Notes: generated by a model not told the origin, from the sequence alone. A stretch of DNA of 16,314 bases from a virus (IMGVR_UViG_2695420398_000002:1-16314), one strand, 5' to 3'. Counted from the stretch's first letter, positions 7,710 to 15,354 are shown. Numbers and translations: made by a program.

Positions 7710-8320
7710 GCAGCCTCACTTCTGCTGTTTCGCAGTTTTTTAAGTTTCTGTTGATACTCCGCCTTGATGGTCCTGCACTCTTCGACAGTCCAGCGATGGC
7801 GGTTATGGTTTGATTCGATTTCGTCTACTGCTTCCTGCCCGATGCGGCTAATCAGTTCGACGCGATACGGAACGAGATTTCCGCTTTTGTGCTGGTTGCA
7901 CACCACGCATTGCTTGTGAATATTGCGTTCATCAAATCGGAGTTGAGGTGCCGCAGCAGTTGTCCGGTAATGTCCGGCATCCCACTGAGCAGACGTGAGC
8001 GTTCCGCACGAGATACATGGTAAGTCGCGGTCTCTTTCTCTGATGAAGGCGTTTACGGCTTGTTGGGCTTGTTTAATCCAGTAACTGCGGGGCTTTAAGG
8101 CGAGTTTTCGAATCTTAAGTTTATCTTTCTGTTTCTGCTCCTCTCGTCGTCGTTTCTTCTCTGCTGCTTTTTCCGCTTTTTCGCGTTCTTTACTTCGTCG
8201 TTCGAGTGCTATCTTGGTTCCACACTCTGGAGAGCACCACCACTGATTAGCGAATGCAGGGTGAAACCATTCCCGACATTCATCGTTTTTACATCGTCTT
8301 CGCGCTGGTTTAGCCATCAT
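7706..8320 (-). CDS. ninG: NinG/Rap recombination-promoting nuclease
   Basis: 204 aa ([22 protein letters not shown]...) near-identical to lambda NinG as recalled; overlaps the phosphatase start. Confidence 0.9.
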   Translation of the reverse strand: MMAKPARRRCKNDECREWFHPAFANQWWCSPECGTKIALERRSKEREKAEKAAEKKRRREEQKQKDKLKIRKLALKPRSYWIKQAQQAVNAFIRERDRDLPCISCGTLTSAQWDAGHYRTTAAAPQLRFDERNIHKQCVVCNQHKSGNLVPYRVELISRIGQEAVDEIESNHNRHRWTVEECRTIKAEYQQKLKKLRNSRSEAA

Positions 8321-8522
8321 CTTCTTCCTCGTGCATCGAGCTATTCGAATCGCTCATCAGCTCTGCACAGCAGTGCTCACACACGTGAACTTCCAGCACA
8401 TGCAGCTTCTGACCGCAATTAGCGCACGTTAAAGCCCGCTCGACGCTTTCTTGTTCGTAACTTCGATTTGGGTCAATCACCTTGTATTCCTCGCACGATG
8501 TCTTAGCCACCGGATATCCCAC
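8310..8522 (-). CDS. ninF: NinF-like zinc-ribbon protein (start uncertain; longest ORF begins with GTG)
   Basis: C-terminal part [34 protein letters not shown]...HEEEDDG matches lambda NinF as recalled; the N-terminal extension differs and no in-frame ATG is available. Confidence 0.65.
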   Translation of the reverse strand: MGYPVAKTSCEEYKVIDPNRSYEQESVERALTCANCGQKLHVLEVHVCEHCCAELMSDSNSSMHEEEDDG

Positions 8523-8659
8523 AGGTGAGCCGTGTAGTTGAAGGTTTTTACGTCAGATTCTTTTGGGATTGGCTTGCGTTTATTTCTGGAGCGTTTCGTT
8601 GGAAGGTATTTGCAGTTTTCGCAGATTATGTCGGTGATGCTTCGTCGCTGTCGTCTCAT
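8477..8659 (-). CDS. ninE: NinE
   Basis: From the internal [37 protein letters not shown]... matches lambda NinE as recalled; its start overlaps the methyltransferase stop (ATGA). Confidence 0.8.
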   Translation of the reverse strand: MRRQRRSITDIICENCKYLPTKRSRNKRKPIPKESDVKTFNYTAHLWDIRWLRHRARNTR

Positions 8660-9183
8660 GCAGCCCTCCTGACGCCCTGCCCGATCGCCATCAATGCCGC
8701 TTTGGATACGGTAGTAAACATCCGTCGAGGACTGATGAACGGTCGCCAAATCAGCAGCATGGAGCCTTTGCTGTTTCCCTTCTTCTCCAGCCCTGTCGAT
8801 GGTTCGATAAAATTAATCCGTCCATCAGTGATAATACGAACTTCGTCAACACTCTCCAGAGCCTTGCTGAACCATCCGACAGACATATCCTCTGGCACAA
8901 GCATCACTACCGTCTGTCGCTGTTGTATACACTGCTCAGCGGCTTTTTCCACCCACGGCCTGATATTGCTGTACGGTGGGTTATTCCAGATTGCACCGTG
9001 GCTTACCCACTCAGAATTGAGCGCGTCGTCGTCCTCAGTTAGCCAGTGAGCGCACAGAGCGTTTTTGTCGCTCGCTGCCGAATCCAGCCAGAATCCAAAC
9101 TCAATATCCAGTGCATCAAAAAGCCAAAGCGGCGTTTGCCAGCAGTCCTTGTCGTGTGCTGGCGTATTTGATTTGATAGTCAT
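8656..9183 (-). CDS. Phage DNA N6-adenine methyltransferase (Dam-like, NPPY motif)
   Basis: WQTP...LD.EF...LDSAAS...WNNPPYS motif set typical of phage Dam-family MTases; occupies the ninC/ninD position; start overlaps the ninB stop (ATGA). Confidence 0.8.
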   Translation of the reverse strand: MTIKSNTPAHDKDCWQTPLWLFDALDIEFGFWLDSAASDKNALCAHWLTEDDDALNSEWVSHGAIWNNPPYSNIRPWVEKAAEQCIQQRQTVVMLVPEDMSVGWFSKALESVDEVRIITDGRINFIEPSTGLEKKGNSKGSMLLIWRPFISPRRMFTTVSKAALMAIGQGVRRAA

Positions 9184-9620
9184 GCAGCCCGATCTCCCCA
9201 TCGCGCTTTCCATTCGAGAGCCAGTCGCGCTTCGTCTGACCACTTAACGCCACGCTCTGTACCGAATGCCTGTATAAGCTCTAATAGCTCCGCAAATTCG
9301 CTTACACGCATCCTGCTGGTTGACTGGCCTATTACCACAAAGCCATTCCCGGCAAGGTTAGGAACAACATCCTGCTGCTTTAATGCTGCGGTAAACACAC
9401 ACTTCCAGCTTTCTGCATCCAGCCAGCGACCATGCCATTCAACCTGACGAGAGACGTCACCTAAGCAGGCCCATAGCTTCCTGTTTTGGTCTAAGCTGCG
9501 GTTGCGTTCCTGAATGGTTACTACGATTGGTTTGGTTGGGTCTGGAAGGATTTGCTGTACTGCGTGAATAGCGTTTTGCTGATGTGCCGGAGATCGAATT
9601 TCAAAGGTTAGTTTTTTCAT
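9180..9620 (-). CDS. ninB: NinB (recombination protein)
   Basis: MKKLTFEIRSPAHQQNAIHAVQQILPDPTKPIVV... near-identical to lambda NinB as recalled; GGGAGAGGGAAG Shine-Dalgarno before the ATG at 9620. Confidence 0.9.
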   Translation of the reverse strand: MKKLTFEIRSPAHQQNAIHAVQQILPDPTKPIVVTIQERNRSLDQNRKLWACLGDVSRQVEWHGRWLDAESWKCVFTAALKQQDVVPNLAGNGFVVIGQSTSRMRVSEFAELLELIQAFGTERGVKWSDEARLALEWKARWGDRAA

Positions 9621-9636
9621 GACTTCCCTCTCCCCC

Positions 9637-9668
9637 AAATAAAAAGGCCTGCGATTACCTGCAGGCCT
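9637..9668 (-). terminator. tR2-like Rho-independent terminator between ren and ninB
   Basis: Minus strand AGGCCTGC-N8-GCAGGCCT (8-bp stem) followed by TTTTTATTT; same location as lambda tR2. Confidence 0.65.
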
Positions 9669-9693
9669 GTGATTAGCTCAGTGATGTAGATGG

Positions 9694-9984
9694 TCATCTT
9701 TTAACTCCATATACCGCCAATATCCGTTTCATCGTGGCACTCTGGCGACACTCCTTAAAAATCAGGTTCGTGCTCATCTTTCCTTCCCGTTCTTCCTTGG
9801 TAGCAAACCGGTAATACACCGTTCGCCAGACCTTACCTTCGATAACCAGAAGACCTGCCCGTGCCATTTTAGCCGCGGCCTGATTTATGCTGGTTACTGT
9901 TGCGCCTGTTAGCGCGGCAACGTCCGGCGCACAGAAGCTATTATGCGTCCCCAGGTAATGAATAATTGCCTCTTTGCCCGTCAT
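9694..9984 (-). CDS. ren: Ren (Rex-exclusion resistance protein)
   Basis: 96 aa, near-identical to lambda Ren as recalled. Confidence 0.9.
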   Translation of the reverse strand: MTGKEAIIHYLGTHNSFCAPDVAALTGATVTSINQAAAKMARAGLLVIEGKVWRTVYYRFATKEEREGKMSTNLIFKECRQSATMKRILAVYGVKR

Positions 9985-10682
9985 ACACTTGCTCCTTTCA
10001 GTCCGAACTTAGCTTTAATTTCTGCGATCTTCGCCAGCGCCTGAACACGATTTAGAGGTCTGCCGCCCATGACAGGAAGTTGTTTTATTGGTTCAGGTAT
10101 CGTCTCACCACGGTTAATTCGCGCTGTCATACAGGTCAGTTCATCGGCAGCCTTGCGTCGTAATTCCGCGTCAGTCAGCGCATTGGCCCGCATGTTCTGG
10201 TACAGGTTGGTAACCAGCCAGTAGTGCGCGTTCGATTTCCACGGATAAGACTCTGCATCCGGATACAGGCCTCGCTTCCGGCAATACTCGTAAACCATAT
10301 CAACCAGCTCGCTGACGTTTGGCAGTCCGGCGATAACGGATGCTTCTTCCCGGCACCATGCAACAAACTGCCCGGGTGATGGCAGAAATGGTCGATTCTG
10401 CCGACGGGCTACGCGCATTCCTGCGTTAACCTGTTCCATTGTGGTGATCCCGTTTTCCCGGAAAGCCAGAACCCACTGGCGGCGGATTTCGTTCAGTTCG
10501 TTCTGGTCACGGTTAGCCAGGCTCGCCGGGAAAGTTGCCAGTAACTGGCTGAACACACCGTTGATGATCTGCGCTACCTGCTGTACCTGAGGCTTTTCGT
10601 CGTACTGTTCCGGCATGTTGTTGGCGATCCGACGCATCTGCTCACGGTCAAAGTTAACCATCTGTGCGGCGATGTTTTTCAT
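9981..10682 (-). CDS. P: Replication protein P (DnaB helicase loader)
   Basis: 233 aa, near-identical to lambda P as recalled; overlaps the O stop. Confidence 0.95.
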   Translation of the reverse strand: MKNIAAQMVNFDREQMRRIANNMPEQYDEKPQVQQVAQIINGVFSQLLATFPASLANRDQNELNEIRRQWVLAFRENGITTMEQVNAGMRVARRQNRPFLPSPGQFVAWCREEASVIAGLPNVSELVDMVYEYCRKRGLYPDAESYPWKSNAHYWLVTNLYQNMRANALTDAELRRKAADELTCMTARINRGETIPEPIKQLPVMGGRPLNRVQALAKIAEIKAKFGLKGASV

Positions 10683-11578
10683 AAATCCACCCCGTAAATC
10701 CAGTCAGTGTTTGTCAGGTCGAGTTTTGGTTTGCAGGCTGTCACGCCTGCCTGTTGCTTGTTACGGTTGATTTCGAGCTGGGTCCACTTGTCGCGGAGTT
10801 TGGCCGGGCTCAGCACGTTACCGGACCAGAAGTTGTCCTGGCATGCCCAGCGGAACAGTACACACATGTCGCGATGGTTACGTCCGTCACGTTCACGCAT
10901 CAGGCGGATATCGTTAGCCCACCCTGCAAAATTCGGTTTTCTGGCTGATGGCGCGATGGTCTTCACCATGTCAAACATCCACTCTGCGGCGGTCAGATCT
11001 TCTGCTGTCCCCCACCTGCTGCCGCTCTGAATTGCAGCATCTGGTTTCTCCACAGAAAGATCGTTTTCTGGCTGGTCAGAGGATTCGCCTGAATTCTCTG
11101 ACGAATAATCTTTTCTTTTTTCTTTTGTAATAGTGTCTTTTGTGTCCCCCTGTTTTGAGGGATAGCAATCCCTCAATTTGAGGGATGTTTTATCCCTCGT
11201 TTTAGGGGATTTTCCCTCGTTTTGAGGGATACACCATTCTGAGATGTTTTTATTTGGTCCAAACATGCCGCCTTGCTGCTTGATAATATTCATTCTGACG
11301 AGTTCTAACTTGGCTTCATTGCACCGTTTGACGGGTAACTTTGTAATCTCGCTAAGTTGAGAATCGGTGATTCTGTCCATTGGTTTATTCCACCCATAGG
11401 TTTTACGCAGAATGGCAAGCAGCACTTTAAACTGTCGCTTGGTCAGATCTGCGCCTGAATAAGCCTCAAGCAGCATATTTGATAGTCTGACGTAACCATC
11501 ATCGAGATCTGCCACATTACGCTCCTGTTCGGCAAAGTTACCTCTGCCGAAGTTGAGTATTTTTGCTATATTTGTCAT
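10679..11578 (-). CDS. O: Replication initiator O
   Basis: 299 aa, lambda O-like; contains the ori iterons internally; AGGAG Shine-Dalgarno upstream. Confidence 0.95.
   Translation of the reverse strand: MTNIAKILNFGRGNFAEQERNVADLDDGYVRLSNMLLEAYSGADLTKRQFKVLLAILRKTYGWNKPMDRITDSQLSEITKLPVKRCNEAKLELVRMNIIKQQGGMFGPNKNISEWCIPQNEGKSPKTRDKTSLKLRDCYPSKQGDTKDTITKEKRKDYSSENSGESSDQPENDLSVEKPDAAIQSGSRWGTAEDLTAAEWMFDMVKTIAPSARKPNFAGWANDIRLMRERDGRNHRDMCVLFRWACQDNFWSGNVLSPAKLRDKWTQLEINRNKQQAGVTACKPKLDLTNTDWIYGVDL
11105..11229. repeat. ori: Lambda-type origin: four about 17-bp iterons (TCCCTC-N5-GAGGGA family) at 11145-11162, 11169-11185, 11193-11209 and 11213-11229, plus adjacent AT-rich region 11105-11144
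   Basis: Four tandem near-palindromic repeats with 20-24 bp spacing inside the O gene, followed in the O sense by an A/T-rich tract, as in ori-lambda. Confidence 0.85.
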
Positions 11579-11610
11579 AATGACTCCTGTGGATTGATCC
11601 AGTAATTCCC

Positions 11611-11907
11611 TCAGAATTGCATATCAATTTGCTTAAAATCCTCGGTGGCAGCCGGGGATTTTTTCTTTGTGATTTCATCAAGCGCATACTTAAAAGCCCT
11701 GCTAATCGGACTGATGTCTGATGCCATTCCGAAAGCACACAAGACCGAAGCAATAAACCGCCAGTCCGTTCTGCTTATCTTCGATTCATGACAGCCAATC
11801 ATCTTTGCCAGACCACGCTGGGTAAGCGTTGACAGGTTGATGAGTAAATCTGTTTCTGCGCGATCAACGTCACGCTGTGATAGTTTGCTGTAACTTGTTT
11901 GTTCCAT
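11611..11907 (-). CDS. cII: CII-like transcriptional activator
   Basis: 98 aa; an HTH segment (KISRTDW) and C-terminus KKKSPAATEDFKQIDMQF parallel lambda CII (KKRPAATERSEQIQMEF as recalled); lies between cro/nutR and O. Confidence 0.7.
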   Translation of the reverse strand: MEQTSYSKLSQRDVDRAETDLLINLSTLTQRGLAKMIGCHESKISRTDWRFIASVLCAFGMASDISPISRAFKYALDEITKKKSPAATEDFKQIDMQF

Positions 11908-11944
11908 TTCTTAAGATTTCCAATAGTGAATAGTTAGTTGAAAG

Positions 11945-11963
11945 GTATGCGTGGAAACGCATA
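11945..11963 (-). terminator. Possible tR1-like hairpin between nutR and cII
   Basis: Minus strand ATGCGT-TTCC-ACGCAT (6-bp stem) followed by ACCTTTC; weak U-tract, which would fit a partial or Rho-assisted terminator. Confidence 0.3.
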
Positions 11964-11990
11964 TGGCCTTAGTTGGTCAGATATCTTGGG

Positions 11991-12038
11991 GCTCGCTTTT
12001 CAGCGACGTAGGACGAATGTCCGTTGTTACAAAGAGCG
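11991..12038 (-). promoter_or_regulatory. nutR: nutR: boxA (CGCTCTTTG) plus boxB hairpin (TCGCT-GAAA-AGCGA) with an intervening small hairpin
   Basis: Minus strand CGCTCTTTGTAACAACGGACATTCGTCCTACGTCGCTGAAAAGCGAGC directly downstream of cro; the same architecture recurs at nutL. Confidence 0.5.
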
Positions 12039-12048
12039 GCTCCGCTTA

Positions 12049-12264
12049 TTAAGCGGCTTTGTGCTCCGGCGGGAACACGTCATCAAGACTTACTTTTGCG
12101 CCTAACTTGTTTAGACACGCAACAAGAGCACGGCATGTTTTAAGGTCTGGGAAGCGACGACCAGATTCCCAATGTCCGATAGCTCCCTGTGTGCATCCAA
12201 CTGCCTTAGCAAGTGTTGTTTGAGAGATATTCAGTGACTCTCGATATTTTCGTAGGTTGCTCAT
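12049..12264 (-). CDS. cro: Cro-like repressor (XRE-family HTH)
   Basis: 71 aa from the ATG at 12264 with GGAGGG Shine-Dalgarno; [23 protein letters not shown] resembles the cI HTH; divergent from cI. Confidence 0.8.
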   Translation of the reverse strand: MSNLRKYRESLNISQTTLAKAVGCTQGAIGHWESGRRFPDLKTCRALVACLNKLGAKVSLDDVFPPEHKAA

Positions 12265-12375
12265 ATGCCCTCCATAGTAACCATGAAGAAAAAAATACAA
12301 TATGTACTTTTTGAATGCAAGCAAAAATACACATTGTGCATGGATGGTTGCAATACAGAGCGTAATAATAAGGAC
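12265..12375. promoter_or_regulatory. Right operator/promoter region (OR; pR towards cro, pRM towards cI)
   Basis: Operator-like dyads TAC-N5-GTA at 12295-12307 (aTACaatatGTAC) and 12327-12339 (aTACacattGTGC); candidate pR on the minus strand with -35 TTGCTT (12319-12324) and -10 TATTGT (12297-12302). Confidence 0.65.
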
Positions 12376-13035
12376 ATGAAAATGAAATGGTATGAACTGG
12401 CTAGATCCAGAATGAAAGAGCTCGGCATAACTCAAGAGAAGTTAGCCGAAGAGCTAGGTATGACGCAGGGTGGGATTGGACACTGGTTGCGCGGATCTCG
12501 TCATCCATCTCTTAGTGATATTGGTGTGGTGTTTAAATACCTTGGTATTGATAACATATCATTCAACCACGACGGGACATTTTCACCTGTTGGCGAATAC
12601 TCATCGGCCCCAGTTAAAAAACAATATGAGTACCCTGTTTTTTCTCATGTTCAGGCTGGGATGTTCTCTCCAGAACTCAGAACCTTTACCAAAGGCGATG
12701 CGGAGAGATTGGTAAGCACAACCAAAAAAGCCAGTGACTCTGCATTCTGGCTTGAGGTTGAAGGTAACTCAATGACCGCCCCAACAGGTTCCAAACCTAG
12801 TTTTCCTGACGGGATGTTAATTCTGGTTGACCCAGAGCAAGCTGTTGAGCTCGGCGATTTCTGCATAGCCAGACTTGGTGGTGATGAATTTACCTTCAAG
12901 AAACTGATCAGGGATAGCGGTCAGGTGTTTCTACAGCCACTAAATCCACAATACCCAATGATCCCATGCAATGAGAGTTGTTCCGTTGTGGGGAAAGTTA
13001 TCGCTAGTCAGTGGCCTGAAGAGACGTTTGGGTGA
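12376..13035 (+). CDS. cI: CI prophage repressor (N-terminal HTH plus C-terminal LexA-like S24 autopeptidase domain)
   Basis: Start chosen at the ATG at 12376 with AAGGA Shine-Dalgarno; [23 protein letters not shown]; C-terminal domain has the GNSM serine motif and a downstream Lys (FTFKKL). Not lambda cI, so a different immunity type. Confidence 0.85.
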   Translation: MKMKWYELARSRMKELGITQEKLAEELGMTQGGIGHWLRGSRHPSLSDIGVVFKYLGIDNISFNHDGTFSPVGEYSSAPVKKQYEYPVFSHVQAGMFSPELRTFTKGDAERLVSTTKKASDSAFWLEVEGNSMTAPTGSKPSFPDGMLILVDPEQAVELGDFCIARLGGDEFTFKKLIRDSGQVFLQPLNPQYPMIPCNESCSVVGKVIASQWPEETFG

Positions 13036-13115
13036 TGGATGGCAAACCTCATAATGAATAACTTTAGCGAGTTGGCGACAAACTATCCACATTATATTAA
13101 TATAAGGGAAAATCG

Positions 13116-13958
13116 ATGAGTAAGTTCGGGTGTGATATGAGTAGGCAAATTACTGTTTTCGATGACACATCACAGTTAACATTTGATGATTTCGCTAGAG
13201 AAAACGGTGTTACCTATTGGTTTGCATCTGATTTAGCGATGATGCTTGGATATAATGGCATGGATCAGATATTGAAAGCCATTAACAAAGCTACATCTGT
13301 ATGTGTGAGCCTCGATATCCCTGTATACGATAACTTCATCCAGATGCCTTCAGAAAATGCGAAAAATGACTTTAAATTAACTCGTTTCGCTTGTTATCTG
13401 ATTGTAATGAATGGTGACATCAGCAATCAAAAAGTTGCAAATGCACAAGCTTATTTTGCTGGGCTCGCAGCAGAAATACACACTACATATCATAACCATG
13501 ACGCAGTTAATCGAGTTTATTTGCGTGGCGAGATTACATCTAGAGAGAAAACTCTCAGTCATGTAGCCCATAAACACGGAGTAGTCGACTATGGTCTATT
13601 TCAAAATGCGGGCTACCGTGGGATGTACAATATGAATCTCTCACAGTTGAAAGCTCGAAAAGGCCTAACTAAAAAAGATGGAACGATGCTTGACTTCATG
13701 GGAAGCGAAGAGCTCGCGGCCAATATATTCAGAATTACACAGACAGAAGCAAGAATCAGAAACCAGAACCTGAAGGGACAGTCTCAACTAGAGAATGCTG
13801 CTGAGACCGTAGGGAGATCTGTTCGCAATGTAATGATTTCTAACACTGGAACAGCCCCTGAAAACATAAAACTTTCCCAAGAAAAAATTCAGAAAGTTAG
13901 AAGCAGCATTAAGAAAACTCATAAAGCCCTAGCAAAGCACGACCAAAAAAAACCATAA
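13116..13958 (+). CDS. DinD-like protein (DNA-damage-inducible protein D family) at the rexAB position
   Basis: 280 aa with AAGGGAAAA Shine-Dalgarno; motifs FACYLIVMNGD and KGLTKKDGTMLDFMGSEELAANIFRITQTE resemble E. coli DinD as recalled from memory (unverified). Confidence 0.6.
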   Translation: MSKFGCDMSRQITVFDDTSQLTFDDFARENGVTYWFASDLAMMLGYNGMDQILKAINKATSVCVSLDIPVYDNFIQMPSENAKNDFKLTRFACYLIVMNGDISNQKVANAQAYFAGLAAEIHTTYHNHDAVNRVYLRGEITSREKTLSHVAHKHGVVDYGLFQNAGYRGMYNMNLSQLKARKGLTKKDGTMLDFMGSEELAANIFRITQTEARIRNQNLKGQSQLENAAETVGRSVRNVMISNTGTAPENIKLSQEKIQKVRSSIKKTHKALAKHDQKKP

Positions 13959-13966
13959 ATGCATAC

Positions 13967-13992
13967 CCCGGCCTCAGCGCCGGGTTTTCTTT
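13967..13992 (+). terminator. Rho-independent terminator after the DinD-like gene
   Basis: CCCGGC-CTCAGC-GCCGGG (6-bp GC stem) followed by TTTTCTTT, 9 nt after the stop codon. Confidence 0.65.
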
Positions 13993-14132
13993 GCCTCACG
14001 CCCCCACCTAAAGACACATAACCAAATGTATTTATTGAAAAATAAATAGATACAACTCACTAAACCACGCAATTCTGATCTCTCCTTACATCGCCGAGGC
14101 GATACACCCACGCTAAAAAACAACACTATTAA

Positions 14133-14206
14133 ATACAAAGTGTTATAAAAAATCACCCTATTTTAGAACAAATCGTATTGACCCAATAAAGTACATATCG
14201 TACTAT
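14133..14206 (+). promoter_or_regulatory. pL promoter with left operators (OL)
   Basis: -35 TTGACC (14178-14183), 17-nt spacer, -10 TACTAT (14201-14206); operator dyads GTACatatcGTAC (14191-14203, overlapping the promoter) and aTACaaagtGTTA (14133-14145) match the OR motif. Confidence 0.65.
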
Positions 14207-14252
14207 TTAACCGTCAGCAGGACGCTGGAAGCCAAACGGAACAGACTGGCAG

Positions 14253-14298
14253 GCTCTTTAAACAACGTCGAACTCTCGACTACGTGGCTGAAAAGCCA
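14253..14298 (+). promoter_or_regulatory. nutL: nutL: boxA (GCTCTTTA) plus boxB hairpin (TGGCT-GAAA-AGCCA)
   Basis: GGCTCTTTAAACAACGTCGAACTCTCGACTACGTGGCTGAAAAGCCA between pL and N; parallels nutR in sequence and spacing. Confidence 0.55.
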
Positions 14299-14396
14299 GA
14301 TCACCCAACCACATGAGCTGTGGGATGCAATGCCGAAGCAACCGTCTCAGGAGGAGCTTCGAGATTGCATCACCAAAGTTTATTCGGGAGGAATCT

Positions 14397-14669
14397 ATGT
14401 CCAGAAAAACAGAATTTAAAGGCACCTCAGCTTCTCGTCGTAGAGCTCGTCGCGCAAACCTGCAAAGTCAGGAGGCGATTAGCTCCGACAAGCTACACAG
14501 ACCAACCCCCTCTCGAGTGGTCTTGCAATGCAAGCGCAAACCAGCAATGAGAGCAGAAGTAATAACACTGACAACGTTGACCAGAAAATATGAAGGCTCA
14601 ACTTGTCTTCCGAACGTAGCTCTTTACGCGGCAGGCTACCGGAAATCCAAACAACTGACAGCAAAATGA
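14397..14669 (+). CDS. N: Antitermination protein N (arginine-rich motif); reading frame ends prematurely relative to the conserved C-terminus, which is encoded in another frame at 14666-14719
   Basis: ATG at 14397 with GGGAGG Shine-Dalgarno; ARM SASRRRARRA near the N-terminus; RKPAMRAE parallels lambda RKPKSRVE. The 17 codons MTCVGRQKMKLGSKPLI matching the lambda N C-terminus (ITCSGRQKIKGKSIPLI as recalled) lie in a different frame. Confidence 0.7.
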   Translation: MSRKTEFKGTSASRRRARRANLQSQEAISSDKLHRPTPSRVVLQCKRKPAMRAEVITLTTLTRKYEGSTCLPNVALYAAGYRKSKQLTAK

Positions 14670-14730
14670 CTTGTGTTGGTCGCCAGAAAATGAAATTAGG
14701 CAGCAAACCACTTATTTGAGAGAAATTAAT

Positions 14731-15354
14731 ATGTCATCAATCCGCTTAACAACGAGAATGAAAGAGATAATCGCTCGTAACGCTTTAATTAAGTCTGGGG
14801 TTTTCACTGAACTTAAAGAAGTAACAAAGTTAAATAACCAGCTTGCACTTGACGCCAGAGTTGTTGCGTTTGGCGGTAAAAAGAAAACTGAGGAAGTGGA
14901 TCAGTTATCATCCAAGTTAATGGCTATAAGCGAAGAACTTGAAAAGCTGGGATGTTCATTTTACTCATGCGATGCCCGTTCAACTTCAATTTATCTGACT
15001 GTATCTGGCAGAAGGGTTGGCTGGTATTCATATGGGAAAGACGGCAACGGCGAAGATATATTGCTCCCTACTCCGACCAAAGATAAATGCATGTTTAGCG
15101 CAGAACACGAAATAACAAAAAGGTTTGATGAAATCTGCGCATTGCAACAAAAACTTGAAGCCAAGAAAAAGGATATCGAATCAAATGTATGGGCTGCTTT
15201 GAACTCAGTCACAACAGTTAAGCGACTTATTGAAGTTTGGCCTGAAAGCAAAGAGTTGCTACCAAAAGAAGCAGATAAAGCAAGTACAGCACTTCCTGCT
15301 TTACGGGTAGAAGATTTGAATAAGATGATTGGACTTCCTTCCGAGGTCGCATAA
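14731..15354 (+). CDS. Hypothetical protein (207 aa), soluble, between N and ea10 at the ral/sieB position
   Basis: ATG-initiated ORF; no hydrophobic segments; charged, coiled-coil-like stretches; AT-rich; no family recognised. Confidence 0.65.
   Translation: MSSIRLTTRMKEIIARNALIKSGVFTELKEVTKLNNQLALDARVVAFGGKKKTEEVDQLSSKLMAISEELEKLGCSFYSCDARSTSIYLTVSGRRVGWYSYGKDGNGEDILLPTPTKDKCMFSAEHEITKRFDEICALQQKLEAKKKDIESNVWAALNSVTTVKRLIEVWPESKELLPKEADKASTALPALRVEDLNKMIGLPSEVA

Noticed and set aside
8525-9049. Plus-strand 174-aa ORF antisense to the methyltransferase and ninE
   Set aside because: Opposite strand to a translationally coupled operon; Ser-rich, no Shine-Dalgarno; shadow ORF.
10707-11130. 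Plus-strand ORFs antisense to O
   Set aside because: Inside the O gene on the opposite strand; not supported.
11538-11753. Minus-strand 71-aa ORF overlapping the cII 3' end and O 5' end
   Set aside because: Out-of-frame overlap of two well-supported genes.
12265-12375. Extended cI start at the ATG at 12265 (256-aa form)
   Set aside because: It would place 37 non-conserved residues ahead of the HTH and read through the operator/promoter region; the ATG at 12376 has a proper Shine-Dalgarno and gives a typical repressor length of 219 aa.
12049-12435. 128-aa minus-strand ORF as the cro gene
   Set aside because: The upstream 57 codons run through the operator region; the internal ATG at 12264 with a GGAGGG Shine-Dalgarno gives a 71-aa Cro-sized protein.
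12470-12899. ORFs 12470-12715 (+) and 12651-12899 (-) within cI
   Set aside because: Shadow ORFs inside the repressor gene.
13974-14156. Minus-strand 60-aa ORF between the DinD-like gene and pL
   Set aside because: It overlaps the terminator and OL region, with no Shine-Dalgarno; likely non-coding.
14313-14396. Longer N start at the ATG at 14313
   Set aside because: No Shine-Dalgarno; it would push the arginine-rich motif about 36 residues from the N-terminus. The ATG at 14397 has a GGGAGG Shine-Dalgarno and puts the ARM at residues 8-20, as in other N proteins.
14671-14730. TTG-initiated extension of the 207-aa ORF
   Set aside because: It overlaps the out-of-frame N C-terminal codons; the ATG at 14731 has a plausible ribosome-binding site.
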